From: Phoronis australis
Lineage: Eukaryota > Animalia > Phoronida
Assembly: GCA_002633005.1 (NCBI GenBank)
Contig: NMRA01000393.1
Coordinates: 234,034 to 298,033, forward strand
Direction of reading: 5' to 3'
Length of the DNA: 64,000 bases
Below are positions 52,344-64,000 of this stretch, piece after piece. The notes under the pieces were generated by a model. That model did no database searches. It was not told the origin of the DNA and was given only the letters and a program-made list of their open reading frames with translations. The position numbers and the translations under genes were made by a program. Numbering within the stretch: the stretch's first letter is position 1; the number at the start of each line of letters is the position of its first letter.

Positions 52344-53556
52344 AATCAAGAATACATTTTAGAGACCTACATTTTTATTTTTAAGGATGGTAACTATTTA
52401 CATGTTAGGGCGACATGATGGGCTGGAATTATTAACTTGAATCCAATAGGCCAGCTGTAGTGTAACTGAAAGACCATACATGCCAATTTAAATCAGGGAA
52501 AAGCAAAATAGGAAAACTAGTCAGGTAAGGATGCTTTGTGAAATTAGTCAGTCAAACCCATCGTGGAATTTCAGGCTCACTATACTGACTGTTGACTTTC
52601 ACAAGAGAAAACTGGAAAAGATGTGACTGAAATCAAAGACACCACCTTTTCAAAGTCATCATATTTGCATACCTTCCATAAAGTCAAGTTTATGATATAA
52701 ACTTCCAATGTTTCAAAATAGTCTTTAGTAGAATCCAAGCAAGCATTTTTGGGATTAACACAGTGAGAAGTATTTTGCAAAATGCAACAATCTGTAATGG
52801 ATTAGGTTCATGTTGAGAATGGAATGCTACAAAATTCAAACAATTAAATGGCAACAATGCTGCCTTCTATATTTGTTTCCATTGCAACAATACACTACTT
52901 TTTTGCAAAAAATAATTACAAATTTGACATTTTTTATTTCTCAAAGCTGATTTGTTTTCATCAAATAATAAAAACTGCACTAAAGTTTGTTTTGTAACAT
53001 CTATAAAGTAAAAACCATGCTGGTAATAGAATAAAAATTTCTCCATTGTTATTTTTGGGGAGAAACTTGACAAACAGAATATAACTCATGGCCATACTGT
53101 GTGCTAGGTAAGTGACAAAAATTACTGTACATTGAAACAGGATCTTCTTGGCAATTCTTCACAATTTGTTACAAACAGGGGGCAGTGCAGATGCTTAATC
53201 TAGAATTGGTTTCAGATGCAACAAAATGACAATTTGAGTACAATGAACATTGTTATCTGTATTAACATGTGCAACAACACAAATGCTGAGTACATGACAG
53301 GTATTTTAGTAACCACGGACGCTCAAATTTTTAAGTACTTCCAAAGAAAATACAAAATTGGTTCAGCTCCTTAACTGGTTTGGATCATGAACGGCAGAGC
53401 TCATTTGTGAGGTAGTAAATTCATTCAACACATTTCCTGTCAGAGCTCATTTAACACATTTTTCTGCTTGGAGAGGTAGACAAGTCTGTACATTTACTCC
53501 TAAATGGACGGACATTCCTATTTGCAGCAGACTTTCGGTATTATGCTTGAAAGCCA

Positions 53557-53885
53557 CAAGGCCCTCAATCCCTCAGTTTTGGGGCCAAACAACAGCCTCA
53601 TTCCCTCTGAAAAATCATGAGAAATTCCCTCAAAAGGACCAAAAATTGCTCTCAAGTGATTGAAAAATTCCCCTCGAGGCTCGAGTTTCTTGTAGCTTAC
53701 ACAGGTGATAATTTGCTAGAGCAAAAAAGTATGTTTTTTCTACTTGAAGAAGAGCCCATGAGGGATTGTAACAGTGGTGAGGGTGCTAATGATGGTGATT
53801 GAGGAGTAGAATTTTCCCCTCACACCCAAAAATTCCCCTCTCAGAAGGCACAGGCACTTTTCCCCTCGGGTGATCCATGACCCTG
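53557..53885 (-). mobile_element. hAT-like CAGGG..CCCTG MITE; relatives at 58757-59082 (+) and partially at 40350-40490
   Basis: Reverse-complement homology to 58757-59082 (atcaccatcattagcaccct, gggaattttt, ggccccaa..gagggattga). No clear TSD. Confidence 0.6.
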
Positions 53886-54781
53886 GGTTACTACACGTAC
53901 TATATTACAATTGTAATATAAGAGAGATCCATGACCCTGGGTTACTACACGTACTATATTACAATTGTAATATAAGAGAGGCCATAATCCAAAACTCTGC
54001 AAAATGAGATTTTTCATTAGTTTTTGTGCCACACACTAATTTTGCCAGAGCTGCACAAAAATTTGAAACACAGAGTGGACTGGTAAAAACACAGACATGT
54101 CTGGCCACCTACGTTGACTGAAGGAGGTTGATCCTTACAGTTGCAAACTACAGTGCTTGACATTCAGCATGTCAACTCATCAAATGCGACCTAACAAAAT
54201 TGCCATGTCACTAGGTAGAAAAACAGGGNAGGTTCGAGTTTCTTGTAGCTTACACAGGTGATAATTTGCTAGAGCAAAAAAGTATGTTTTTTCTACTTGA
54301 AGCAGAGCCCATGAGGGATTGTAACAGTGGTGAGGGTGCTAATGATGGTGATTGAGGAGTAGAATTTTCCCCTCACACCCAAAAATTCCCCTCTCAGAAG
54401 GCACAGGCACTTTTCCCCTCGGGTGATCCATGACCCTGGGTTACTACACGTACTATATTACAATTGTAATATAAGAGAGATCCATGACCCTGGGTTACTA
54501 CACGTACTATATTACAATTGTAATATAAGAGAGGCCATAATCCAAAACTCTGCAAAATGAGATTTTTCATTAGTTTTTGTGCCACACACTAATTTTGCCA
54601 GAGCTGCACAAAAATTTGAAACACAGAGTGGACTGGTAAAAACACAGACATGTCTGGCCACCTACGTTGACTGAAGGAGGTTGATCCTTACAGTTGCAAA
54701 CTACAGTGCTTGACATTCAGCATGTCAACTCATCAAATGCGACCTAACAAAATTGCCATGTCACTAGGTAGAAAAACAGGG
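53677..54781. repeat. Near-identical ~552-bp direct duplication across the single N at 54229 (likely assembly overlap)
   Basis: 53677-54228 and 54230-54781 are almost identical, including the internal 54-bp tandem pair. Confidence 0.85.
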
Positions 54782-55515
54782 AAATCCCAAGTAAAATGGG
54801 ATATCTGAACTAAGAACTGGCAAACTAAACAAATGCCTGCCAGAACACCTGAGATCAAGAGATTGTTAGTCCAAAAAAATCAGCAGTGTACCACGTGCCC
54901 AGTAACGACCAATCTCACCCTAGCACCCAGTGTTCAGTGTTAGTACACCTCCTACTTAGGTGAGATGCAGATGATCAGGATACATTATATGTGCATGAGT
55001 CATGTATGAGTCCTTCCAGTTTTTGACGAACGAATCCAAATCCTGTTCGTTTACTTCCCGTCACATTTTGAGTATGTGCTCAGATGTGGTTGGTGCGTCG
55101 GTGGGATTTTTATCAGCAGTTTGTTTCATTTAAGTGACGTAAGATGGAAGACAGAAATACTACATAATGTAATTATCAGCCCATGACTGGCTGTAAATAA
55201 TTTGTACCAATTTTCTCAGTAAGCAAAAGTTATGGGTATATTATCAGTTATTTTGTTAATTAAACTAAGTTTTCATTTTTTTCCAGAAATGGCAAAGTGG
55301 AGCGTGAGACTAAGTTTCTGTTTTCAGTCTTAAGTCAGTTTTCATGACACAGACCCCTGAACACACACTTTTCATAACACAGACCCCTGTGCCCAGTTTG
55401 CATGAAACAGTCCCAAACAGGGACTCAACTAAGGTCCCTAAATCTTTTTTGTATTTGTTTCGTTCTTTAGACACAGTGTAATATTTTTTCTATAATTTAA
55501 TCTTTATAATGAGCT

Positions 55516-55521
55516 TTTATT
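55516..55521 (-). promoter_or_regulatory. Candidate polyadenylation signal of CEP19
   Basis: AATAAA on the minus strand about 420 nt downstream of the CEP19 stop. Confidence 0.4.
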
Positions 55522-55940
55522 TGACTAATGACATTTTCTAATAATATAACTAAAAACAGTGCCCTCAATTCAATCAAAACAGTTAGGGACTTACTCCTTA
55601 AATTGGGTGTGTTGCATGAAAAGATTCCTACTTGTTTTCAATAATATTTACAATTCAATCTAGATTTCACTCTCGATTTGTATCAAAGCCAAAAATTGGC
55701 ATAGACACAGTAGTGATACTCAAACAGCATAAGATAGGACAACCAGTGTTTTTACAAGCCTGCAAATACGCAGTAGATTTAGGAACCTCAGTTGAATACC
55801 TATTTTGGACTGTTTCATGCAACCGGGCACTGGTCACCAAACAAAATTTAAGGTTACATTTCCGACCTTCAGGTCGCCAAATGGAGCTCTGTAGTTCCAG
55901 AACACACAACTTTTAGTGCAAAAAGTCTGTTGCCTTGAAA

Positions 55941-56441
55941 CTAAAACTCTTCATCAGACTCTTCATCCCAGTCTATGGATTCAATCTGTCCATTGTCCTG
56001 CTCAAAATCCACCTCGATATCGTACTGAAAATCCGGATCACCTATTTTCTTCCTGTTCCTTTCAAATGACTCATCCATCACAGCTTTCTTCCTAGCAAGA
56101 ACGTCTTCATCCACTTTATTTAGGTCTTCATTTGGATCAATAGCACTGAGTTCATTGTTCTTTTTCAAACTGTCATCCAGACTAATTCCTTTCATCTTAT
56201 CTTGAATTATTGTTAACAGTTTATGAAGCTGTACAGTGGTCATATTTTCAAAGAACTTTCCATGACGAGGGTGCTGTCTTAAGTCTGATGCCAACTTATC
56301 AATACCACTGGTTTTGGTGAAGCCACGTAACGGCATTGTTCGTCGGTGAAGTTTGTCTGTCGCTTTAACACGATAGGTTATCACTATGGCTGGTGGGTCA
56401 AACTTCACTCCACACTGCTCAAGTTGATACAGTGCAGACAT
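55941..56441 (-). CDS. CEP19: Centrosomal protein of 19 kDa (RABL2-recruiting ciliogenesis factor), complete CDS in one exon
   Basis: The 166-aa ORF carries CEP19 motifs: CGVKFDPPAIVITY, RRTMPLRGF, L..HPRH, IDPNEDLNKVDE..LARKKAVMDESFERN, DPDFQYDIEVDF and C-terminal WDEESDEEF. A splice acceptor (tctgtattccag|) at 56461/56460 lies 19 nt upstream of the ATG. Confidence 0.96.
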   Translation of the reverse strand: MSALYQLEQCGVKFDPPAIVITYRVKATDKLHRRTMPLRGFTKTSGIDKLASDLRQHPRHGKFFENMTTVQLHKLLTIIQDKMKGISLDDSLKKNNELSAIDPNEDLNKVDEDVLARKKAVMDESFERNRKKIGDPDFQYDIEVDFEQDNGQIESIDWDEESDEEF

Positions 56442-57133
56442 GTTGAATCAATGGCTGGTGCTGGAATACAGACAACTGAGTAATTACCATATGTATTACA
56501 CAAAATCATTTACCAAATAAAAGAGAAAAATGTTTCAGATAAATATTATGTACTTTTCAATTATTTCCCTTCCCTCGTGAAACATGGGAAGTTGATTTTT
56601 GCCCACAATAACCAGAGGCTATTAGTAGTAAGCAGCTCAATAGATGGAGCTACACTAAAATAAAAGTGAATGTAACCTAACCGCAATTTCTGTTTTGCAA
56701 ACAACTTAACTTCGAAATCCAAATTTTACTTCACCACAGCTGTAACCTTGTTTCAAGTGACTATAAACCTGCGTTTCATCCAAGATGCGCACTTTTGATT
56801 TCGGAGCATTTACTGCTCTACAATTGGTCTCAACTTGTTCCTTATTCAGATGAGAAGTGATTTACAGGTTTGCAAAGAACAGGCAGTTCATTATTCATTG
56901 ACATTTTAGTTGGAGCTTAGAATGACACGGCATGACTAAGTCAAGTTGTAGTGCCTTATCTTAACAAAGAGTAAAGAGCCTAAAATCATCTCATTCTCTA
57001 ATTCGACTAGGGAACAATTTGAGACCAGTTTCATAGCAGCATGTGGTCTAAATCAAAAATTGACAAAGTCACTTTAGTGTCATATCCATGTAAGAAGTTC
57101 ATTTGAAGTGACATTACTAAAACAGCACCAAAC

Positions 57134-57712
57134 TTAGGCTTTTTGTAAAGACCTAACTAATACTAACGTAACTCCATACTAACAACACTTTATACTAATG
57201 TAACTCCAGTACGAGTGGAGCGTCAATGTAAACTCAAAGTTAATTGAATCGTTCATGCCGGCTTCGCTAGTTAACTGCATTGAAGTAAACGATAAGTGAC
57301 GCTGTAGTCATCGAAGAAATTGCAAGGTAGCGCTGATGCATCCCATGCACCAGGCTGCTGTGCACGCTAAGATTTTTTTCAATGTGACAATTTGAGAACA
57401 TTTACATTTTCTAATTGACATAAAACTTATTTCTATATCGATTGGTGATTATTCGAGGAAACTATAAGCAACTTAGTGACGACATTGCCCTTTAATTGTT
57501 GACGATGGCAGTGGTCCCTGGAGATAACTTTGATGAGACCAAAGTTGACCCTTCATACTGCACCGCAGCGTCAATGCTCCAATGTTAAATACACTTGTTT
57601 ACTGCGAAGTAAACTGGTGTTGTTAACTTAGATCCAGGACCAAAGTTAACCGTTCATACTGACGGCAACTCTCTAAAACATCGACGCGTCAACGTTAGCA
57701 TGAAAAGGCCTT
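57134..57712. mobile_element. Degenerate PIF/Harbinger-like MITE
   Basis: Imperfect TIRs ttaggctttttg..ctaac / gttagcatgaaaaggcctta and internal repeats ccaaagtt.acc.ttcatactg. Confidence 0.35.
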
Positions 57713-58756
57713 AAAAAGACAAGTTTTGATTTAGAAAACTTGATATAAAATTGTGACAAAGTGAAAAGACAATAAAACTTCAGATAATACAGTGTTTTGA
57801 AATTTTATGAGCCACGTACAAAAAATAGGCAAATTTTATTGCAGCAAATAGCCTGAATTAAAACTTGTTTTTGACAGAAACAGTTTATTATTTACATGCA
57901 ATGCATGTTTATGAGGTATACATAATACACCACATGTTCACTGGACATAGACCTAATTCACGTGGCAGACATTAAAATCCAAAGCGAGGCTCACTGCAAT
58001 AAACAAAGCGGAAGTTGACATTGCGGGAGTTAAATGGCTGGTCTTTCGAGTCCAATCTGGATATTAAATCTTAAAAATGCATGGATAATTAACCACAGAG
58101 ACGTAGAAAAAAACATTTAGAGAATAAGTCAATGCATCAAAGAGTTGTCTGATGAAATGGTATAAGTTATTTTTTGGAAAACTAGATTCGAAACATGAAA
58201 GGTAAATATGACCAAATTGCGGCAATCGTGTGTTACGTATTAGGTATTATGCTGTTTCTTCTTGTAAATTGTTGATACAAACGCTTTCTACATGAACCAG
58301 GTCATTTGCTTGTATTTCTGACGAGTTGAAGATAAATTCGACAGTGGTGGCTCATCACATTTTGCTGTCATGTGCAAGTCACATCTGGTTTAATTTGTTG
58401 ATCAAGAATATTAACATCAAGCATAGCCTAGGAAGGTCCTGCAGTGTAGTGAAGTAGGGACTAACAGTTAATTTGTCATTGATCTGCAAGAATAATTGAT
58501 GTTATTAAATATATTTTTATTAAAATAAAAAACCAGGTTCGTAATTGAAAATAAAAATTATTTGACCATCAATTCTGCTTTCTTGGTTTTAATAATTCTT
58601 ACGTCTATTTCATGTGTCAGTAGATTTCAAATATCAATCTGGACCACGTTGAAACTTAAAATTAAAACACCTAATTTGTCCGTCCAAAGCATAACCTCGT
58701 TATAGAGCTCAATTTCAGTTAACTCGACAGAGCAAGCATAGTTATCATGTTTCTTC

Positions 58757-59082
58757 AGGGTCCTCATTCATCCGAGGGAAAGGTGCCTGCCATGTGCCTG
58801 ACTGGGGGAATTTTTTAGTCGAGTGGGGGAAAATCTACCTCCTGATCACCATCATTAGCACCCTCTGTTGCAAGTTCTCATAAGCTCTGTCTCAAGTAGC
58901 AATTTGGGCTCTTTCAAATTGTCACCTGTGTGGTTACGGGTAATTTGAACTTCGGAGGTAAATTTTCAATCACTAGGGGAATTTTTAGGCCTCATTGGGG
59001 GAATTTCGCGAGATTTTTCAATATTTTTGAGAGGGGAATAAGGCCAATATTCGGCCCCAAGATCGAGGGATTGACAGCCCTG
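58757..59082 (+). mobile_element. hAT-like CAGGG..CCCTG MITE
   Basis: caggg ... gacagccctg termini; homologous to 53557-53885. Confidence 0.6.
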
Positions 59083-59531
59083 TCCATTTGGAAAGAAAAA
59101 TGCGTCATGTTTCAACCCATAGTCATGAAAACACAGCCTGGCTGGCCAAAGATTCACCAGTCGTTGCTGTGATGCTCGTCAACCGAGATGCGACAAAATA
59201 TCTAACTTTTTGAAACATTTATAACTTTTACACGGAAATATTTTCCTTCATCGTGGCGTATGACAACAACCCAACGTTTCCTCAACATCCTTAGGGATTC
59301 ATTGTAAAACAAACAGTTGAGTGTCCGTATATTTTCTATCGTCGTTCGAGCAACGCGAAATACAACTATGCCGATAAACCAACAGAGCTATCATAGCAAG
59401 CCTCGTTTTGGAACGCGCCTGCTGTCAGCGTGAATTACGTCTATAGCACTTTAGAATTAACATATTCATCTGGTAATAACAGTACTCGTTTGCATTGAAT
59501 GCCTCGAGCGCTTGAGCTAGGAAAATTCCGG

Positions 59532-59648
59532 GTGTGGGCACTGAACCAAGTATGGGCACTGAACCAAGTGTGGGCACTGAACCAAGTATGGGCACTGAAC
59601 CAAGTGTGGGCACAGAACCAAGTATGGGCACTGAACCAAGTATGGGCA
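59532..59648. repeat. 18-bp minisatellite, about 6.5 copies
   Basis: Unit gtatgggcactgaaccaa. Confidence 0.95.
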
Positions 59649-60495
59649 TTCAAAAACAATTTTGGGTAATTGTTTACAATATTACGACATTGACTTACAC
59701 ACATGATTTTGGTATCGTTCGATTCGTCGCAACATTATCTGTCCAAAAATATATGAATGTATCCCCTACCGCATTTCTTCCGTGTTTTATCGTCTAATTT
59801 CTGTTTGCACTATTTCCTGGCCTGAAACCGGCAAGTTAGCTCAACTCAAGACTACAGCGACACCTGTTGTTAATGAATGAAACAGCATCATTGATTCTGA
59901 ATGGTGTTTGCCGGCGCGAGATTGCCGCTTAAGTTTTCCTGACATAATATGGAGGATCAAGTGGCAACATTTCACTTTTTTCCAAATTTTTTTACAATTG
60001 TGACCATTTTTCCATGAAATTATCTTAAGTGATACCCTTTTCACCAATTTGGACATCAAAAACAACATCCGCTTTTTTCGCGGATTCTTGCTAGCAGATG
60101 CGTACCAGGATCACCATAGGATCGAATTCCAACCCTTGGGACCGTAACTAGGGCAGTGGATAGACGTGTCTCGGTCAATTTGAACTCATGAAAAGTGACA
60201 ATCTGCAGAAGTCGGTAGATTAATTTAGTTTTTGACCACCATGTGACTCCTTCCATTCAACATGGCAGTATTTACTCTAGAGTACCGAGAAATAGTGCGA
60301 GCAGAAATACTTAGGTAACGGGGTAGGAGAAATTTTTGTGCATTTTTGGAAAGATAAAGTTGCAAGGAATCGAACGATACCAAAGACAAAGTCATATGTG
60401 TAAGTCAATGTTGTCATATTCTAAATAATTACCCAATTTTGATAAGTTGGGGGTGGATGCTCAAACTAAACATTCGATCCAGATGAATGCCCAGG
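59640..60495. mobile_element. ~850-bp element with long (~170-bp) diverged TIRs
   Basis: ttgggtaatt..gacattgacttacacacatga..ttggtatcgttcgattc..gcaac..tatct.tccaaaaat is mirrored at 60340-60440. Confidence 0.7.
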
Positions 60496-60794
60496 TATCT
60501 ACATTGAGATCAGACTTTACGTGCAAATTTTGAACAGAGTTGAAGTGTAGTGACAGTGAGACTGATATATTTTAGTGAATTCGACCTGTCTCTGCTGCGC
60601 TGACCTTCTGCCGCACGCATCCGCTATCGGCATCGAAAGACGACAGTTGTTGGCCTTGGAGACTGCCGACGTTGGCTGTCGCGGCCCGTATGCCGGTGCT
60701 GGCCGAAGGGCGCAACATGAATATTCGGCACTGGTCGAATATAATGAGAAAGCCGAGAACCAGTTTCATCTACTTGACTTGGCTGAACCGGTGG

Positions 60795-61712
60795 TAGCCT
60801 TGGTAAAAAGCTGTATATAAATATACAGCTTTGCACCGATGCAGGTAAAAAAGTGGTAAGATAAAATCTGCCACAAAATTAGTGTCATTAAAAACTACAG
60901 CCTTGCTTGAGTAAATTAAATTATTTAACGGTGTTGGCAAAAATGGCATTCTACCGTTATTCTGCTGCTAAAGTTGTGGAGCGATCTTTAGTGATGGCTT
61001 TCAGCGCCATGAAATTTTGCGTCACATATTGGCCAGCTTCTTTTTTCGCCGATTCTTCAATCAACTGTTGTTTTTTCACAAGGTTGCGTACACGTCACAA
61101 TAAATTATTAGAACTGGTTTCACTTCATTAAAAATTTTAAGAATTTTGGTACCAAAAAATCGAATTTCAGGAGAAATTTTGTTGCTGCCAAGCTATCATC
61201 ATCTCCCGAGAGACGTCGCAAAAATTTAGGAAATGGCGCGTGCATGTGACACGAGCGTACTGTTTTCAAAATGACGAAATACTTATCATTGTTAGAAAAG
61301 GCAGAGAGCTACGCAAGAAAATGACGTTTATTGCATTGTTTTTCACTTAAACGGCTGCATGAACGGGCAAGGTGAGTGTCGGTTGACTCCCAGATGTAGT
61401 AATAGCCGAGATTACCCGACCCGGGGATCTAACCCGCGACCCCCATAAAACCGGCAAGCGTGCTAACCATTCAGCTAATAGGCAATTGCCCGTTAGCGAG
61501 TAGCTAACAGAGGCCCATATAATTCACCGGAAGCACATCTACAACACAGATTTTGCATGTACACCGTCCGGTCTTTAGCTTTACATGTTGATAAAAGTTT
61601 CACGGCGCGCTGACGAGCAGAACTACACTGGCTGCGTGCAATTTCGGGGTCTACGGAAGAAATACATGCAGTGGTACCTAGCTGTATTTTGAAGACAGTC
61701 TTCATACAGCCA
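60795..61712 (+). repeat. Dispersed repeat paralogous to 1870-2670, interrupted by the tRNA-box element
   Basis: Colinear similarity on both sides of the 61395-61546 insertion. Confidence 0.8.
61395..61546 (-). mobile_element. 152-bp tRNA-box-containing element (copy 2), TG..CA ends, 4-bp TSD
   Basis: caga|TGTAGTA...TACAACA|caga; empty site accaga|ttttgc at 2495-2506. Confidence 0.9.
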
Positions 61713-61883
61713 GCTGGCTGGCTACCGCCCGGTGGTGGCAGTGGCAGCTGAACCTGTGCACTTTTAGCCTACAGTCATATCATCAGGAATTAGCATGAAA
61801 TAAGTTAATGTTGACGTCTATGTCGTCGCATAGGCAGCGCTACAGAGTTGTTAAGACTAATCAGAACTACCAAAACACTTCAC

Positions 61884-61950
61884 CTGTTCACAGCTGGTCT
61901 TCGATTCAAAACTCAAGGTGTCTGCTCAAAATTCCCCGCCATTGTTGACC
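61884..61950 (-). promoter_or_regulatory. Candidate promoter and first non-coding exon of CEP19
   Basis: YY1-like CAACAATGGCG on the minus strand, a donor-like CAG|GTGAAG at 61884/61883 and an adjacent very AT-rich tract 61980-62140. Inference only. Confidence 0.3.
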
Positions 61951-62554
61951 TATAAAACATAGAGCAGTCTAAAAAGCAATAATCAAGAAGCTGTTATTAT
62001 TTTTAAAAAATATAGTATTTAACTAAAAAATATACTTTATTTATAAGAAAAAATATTTTAATACCGTAAAAATATAAAATTATTATATTCATAATAAAAT
62101 TATTTGTATATTTGTGTTTAATATTTTATATGTTTTAAGACAGTCATGCGTATTTGAGTCGACAATGGACGGAAGTCGCTGCTTTACTCCGGGTGCTGGC
62201 GTAAAACTTTCACCGCTGGAGGATTAACAAGGTTGATTTCTTGCTGCGCACGTTCATTTAGCTGTTTTATTACAATTGTGATAGCTATTGTACGAGAGGT
62301 TTTTAGTTTCTCTGTATCTTCCAGGAGGACAACCTAGGTTCTTCCGTCTGACACTTTGTTCTCTCATGAACCAAGCTGCACCAAGCACAACAACAAAAGC
62401 AGGTTCTCAAATCGGGAGAATTTCACTGTAGTTTGTAAACTAGTGTAGTCTTTGTGGGAGAATTTCACCGTGTCAGGAGATCTGGCTCAGGGACACATAA
62501 ATCTCTCGATCTGAAGTATTTGATTTCACATATTTGAAAATTAAATTTTGCTAA

Positions 62555-62714
62555 TCTAGTATTCTAGTAATAGCCGAGATTACCCGACCCGGGAATCGAA
62601 CCAGCGACCCCCATAAAACCAGCAACCGTGCTAACCATTCAGCTAATAGGCAATTGCCCGTTAGCTAGTAGCTAACAGAGGCTCATATGATTCACCGGAA
62701 GCACATCTACAACA
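62555..62714 (-). mobile_element. tRNA-box-containing element (copy 3)
   Basis: Intact A box TAGCTGAATGG and B box GGTTCGATTCC on the minus strand; flanked by ctaa on both sides if the duplicated terminal tctagta is included. Confidence 0.85.
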
Positions 62715-64000
62715 CTAAATTCCCAGAAAAGAGAAAAAATTGATTTGACATTCAATCATGTAGTAAAGTCTAAGGCATCTTGAATTCTGGTCATCCTCGG
62801 TCCGAGCTGAATACATCTGGTTGGTGTGCAGTATGGTTATCTTAGCACGTGTATCAGCCACATGGCTGCTTAATATTCATGTTGTGCCCTCACTGGCCAT
62901 TACTGGCACGATATGGGCTGGAAAGTCAATGTCGGCATTCTCCAAGACGAAGAACAGTCGTTTTCCGATGCCAACAGAGGCGCGGCTGAAAGCCAGCACA
63001 GCAGTGAGACAAGTTAAATAACATCTCACTACACTCTCCGCCGTGTTATTTGATTAGAGCTGAAACGTAACAGAGAAGTCATTTTGATTTCTAAGGCGAG
63101 CCAATTCCTACACCAGCAGTCATTGCACAACAGAAAGTTTAGAAATAACCGTGACCATCTGTGCGCTGCCACAATGCAGTGCGACGTATAATTGTTAAGG
63201 GTCAGCATATACTACTGTACATATATTGATAACGTCTCACTACATCAATAACAATGCCGAGGTGAAGTTCTCCATGTGTTTTTTTGTTACTTGCTTTGTA
63301 TGTTCAGTGTTTTGTATCATCTACTGTTGTTATTGATTTACAACAGTATTGTCAGGTTATTTTCTTTCACTAGAGTTGAAAGGTCATGATCACTTGTCAA
63401 ATCAAATCAACCTGGTCAATTTTTAATTAGTGCTGTCAATCCTAGTAATTTTTCAAACTCTATTCAATGGTGTCAATCTTGAATATTCCCTGATTGAATA
63501 CTTTTTTCCACTAAGAACGTGAAATTCATTCTCGAATTGGGACTACTAGTATTTCTCCAGATTAAGAAAAATTTCACCCGATGAGGAGAATTCACCCTGA
63601 TCAGAAGAAATTCTCATAATTTGAGTACCTCCTTGGCTTCTGCTGTCGATTTTCAACTCGCCTTTGTTCAGTTCTTGTCTCTTAAAGTGCCAGAGGTAAT
63701 GCTACGCTGGACAACAGACAACTTTGTTGTATTGTTGCAATGTATTAACAGCTAAATTGGTTTCAATAATTGTTTTTGAGTCACTTTCAGGACTAGAACT
63801 ACAGGTGTGTATGTGTGCTTATAGTCGTGCAGATATTCCCACGCTTACTACTACACTTACAAATATTGCTGAACTCAGAGAATTTTCTGTTGCACTAAAG
63901 AAACATTTGCACAGTTTGACCATTCTTCAATTCTGGTATCCCAACTTTCTATGAATTGTTGTACGCCACCTTGTGAATGAACGGATGATTAGAGAATGTG

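Noticed and set aside
53677-54781. Recent segmental tandem duplications (also 39105-39869 and the short one around 35970)
   Set aside because: Each is centred exactly on a single N, the signature of unmerged contig overlaps.

Overview
AT-rich, repeat-dense genomic DNA from a eukaryote, most plausibly a bilaterian marine invertebrate (an inference from the repeat types and genes). Only two protein-coding segments are supportable, both on the minus strand: a complete CEP19 CDS with no coding intron (55941-56441) and the first coding exon of a Trm9-family tRNA wobble-uridine methyltransferase (TRMT9B-like, 162-339) that continues off the left edge. The ~55 kb between them is intron/intergenic DNA containing non-autonomous Helentron-like (HINE/DINE-1-type) elements, TIR/MITE DNA transposons, a Gypsy-type solo LTR, many minisatellites and several assembly artefacts at single-N junctions. 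Three observations stand out. (1) The internal ~150-bp satellite subunits of one Helentron-like family each carry a close match to the CTCF consensus, giving about 30 co-oriented motifs at 144-161 bp spacing. (2) A ~150-bp element with TG..CA ends and a 4-bp TSD carries an internal tRNA-like A-box/B-box; three copies are present and one has its empty site in the window. (3) There are candidate non-coding or uORF exons upstream of the Trm9-like gene.
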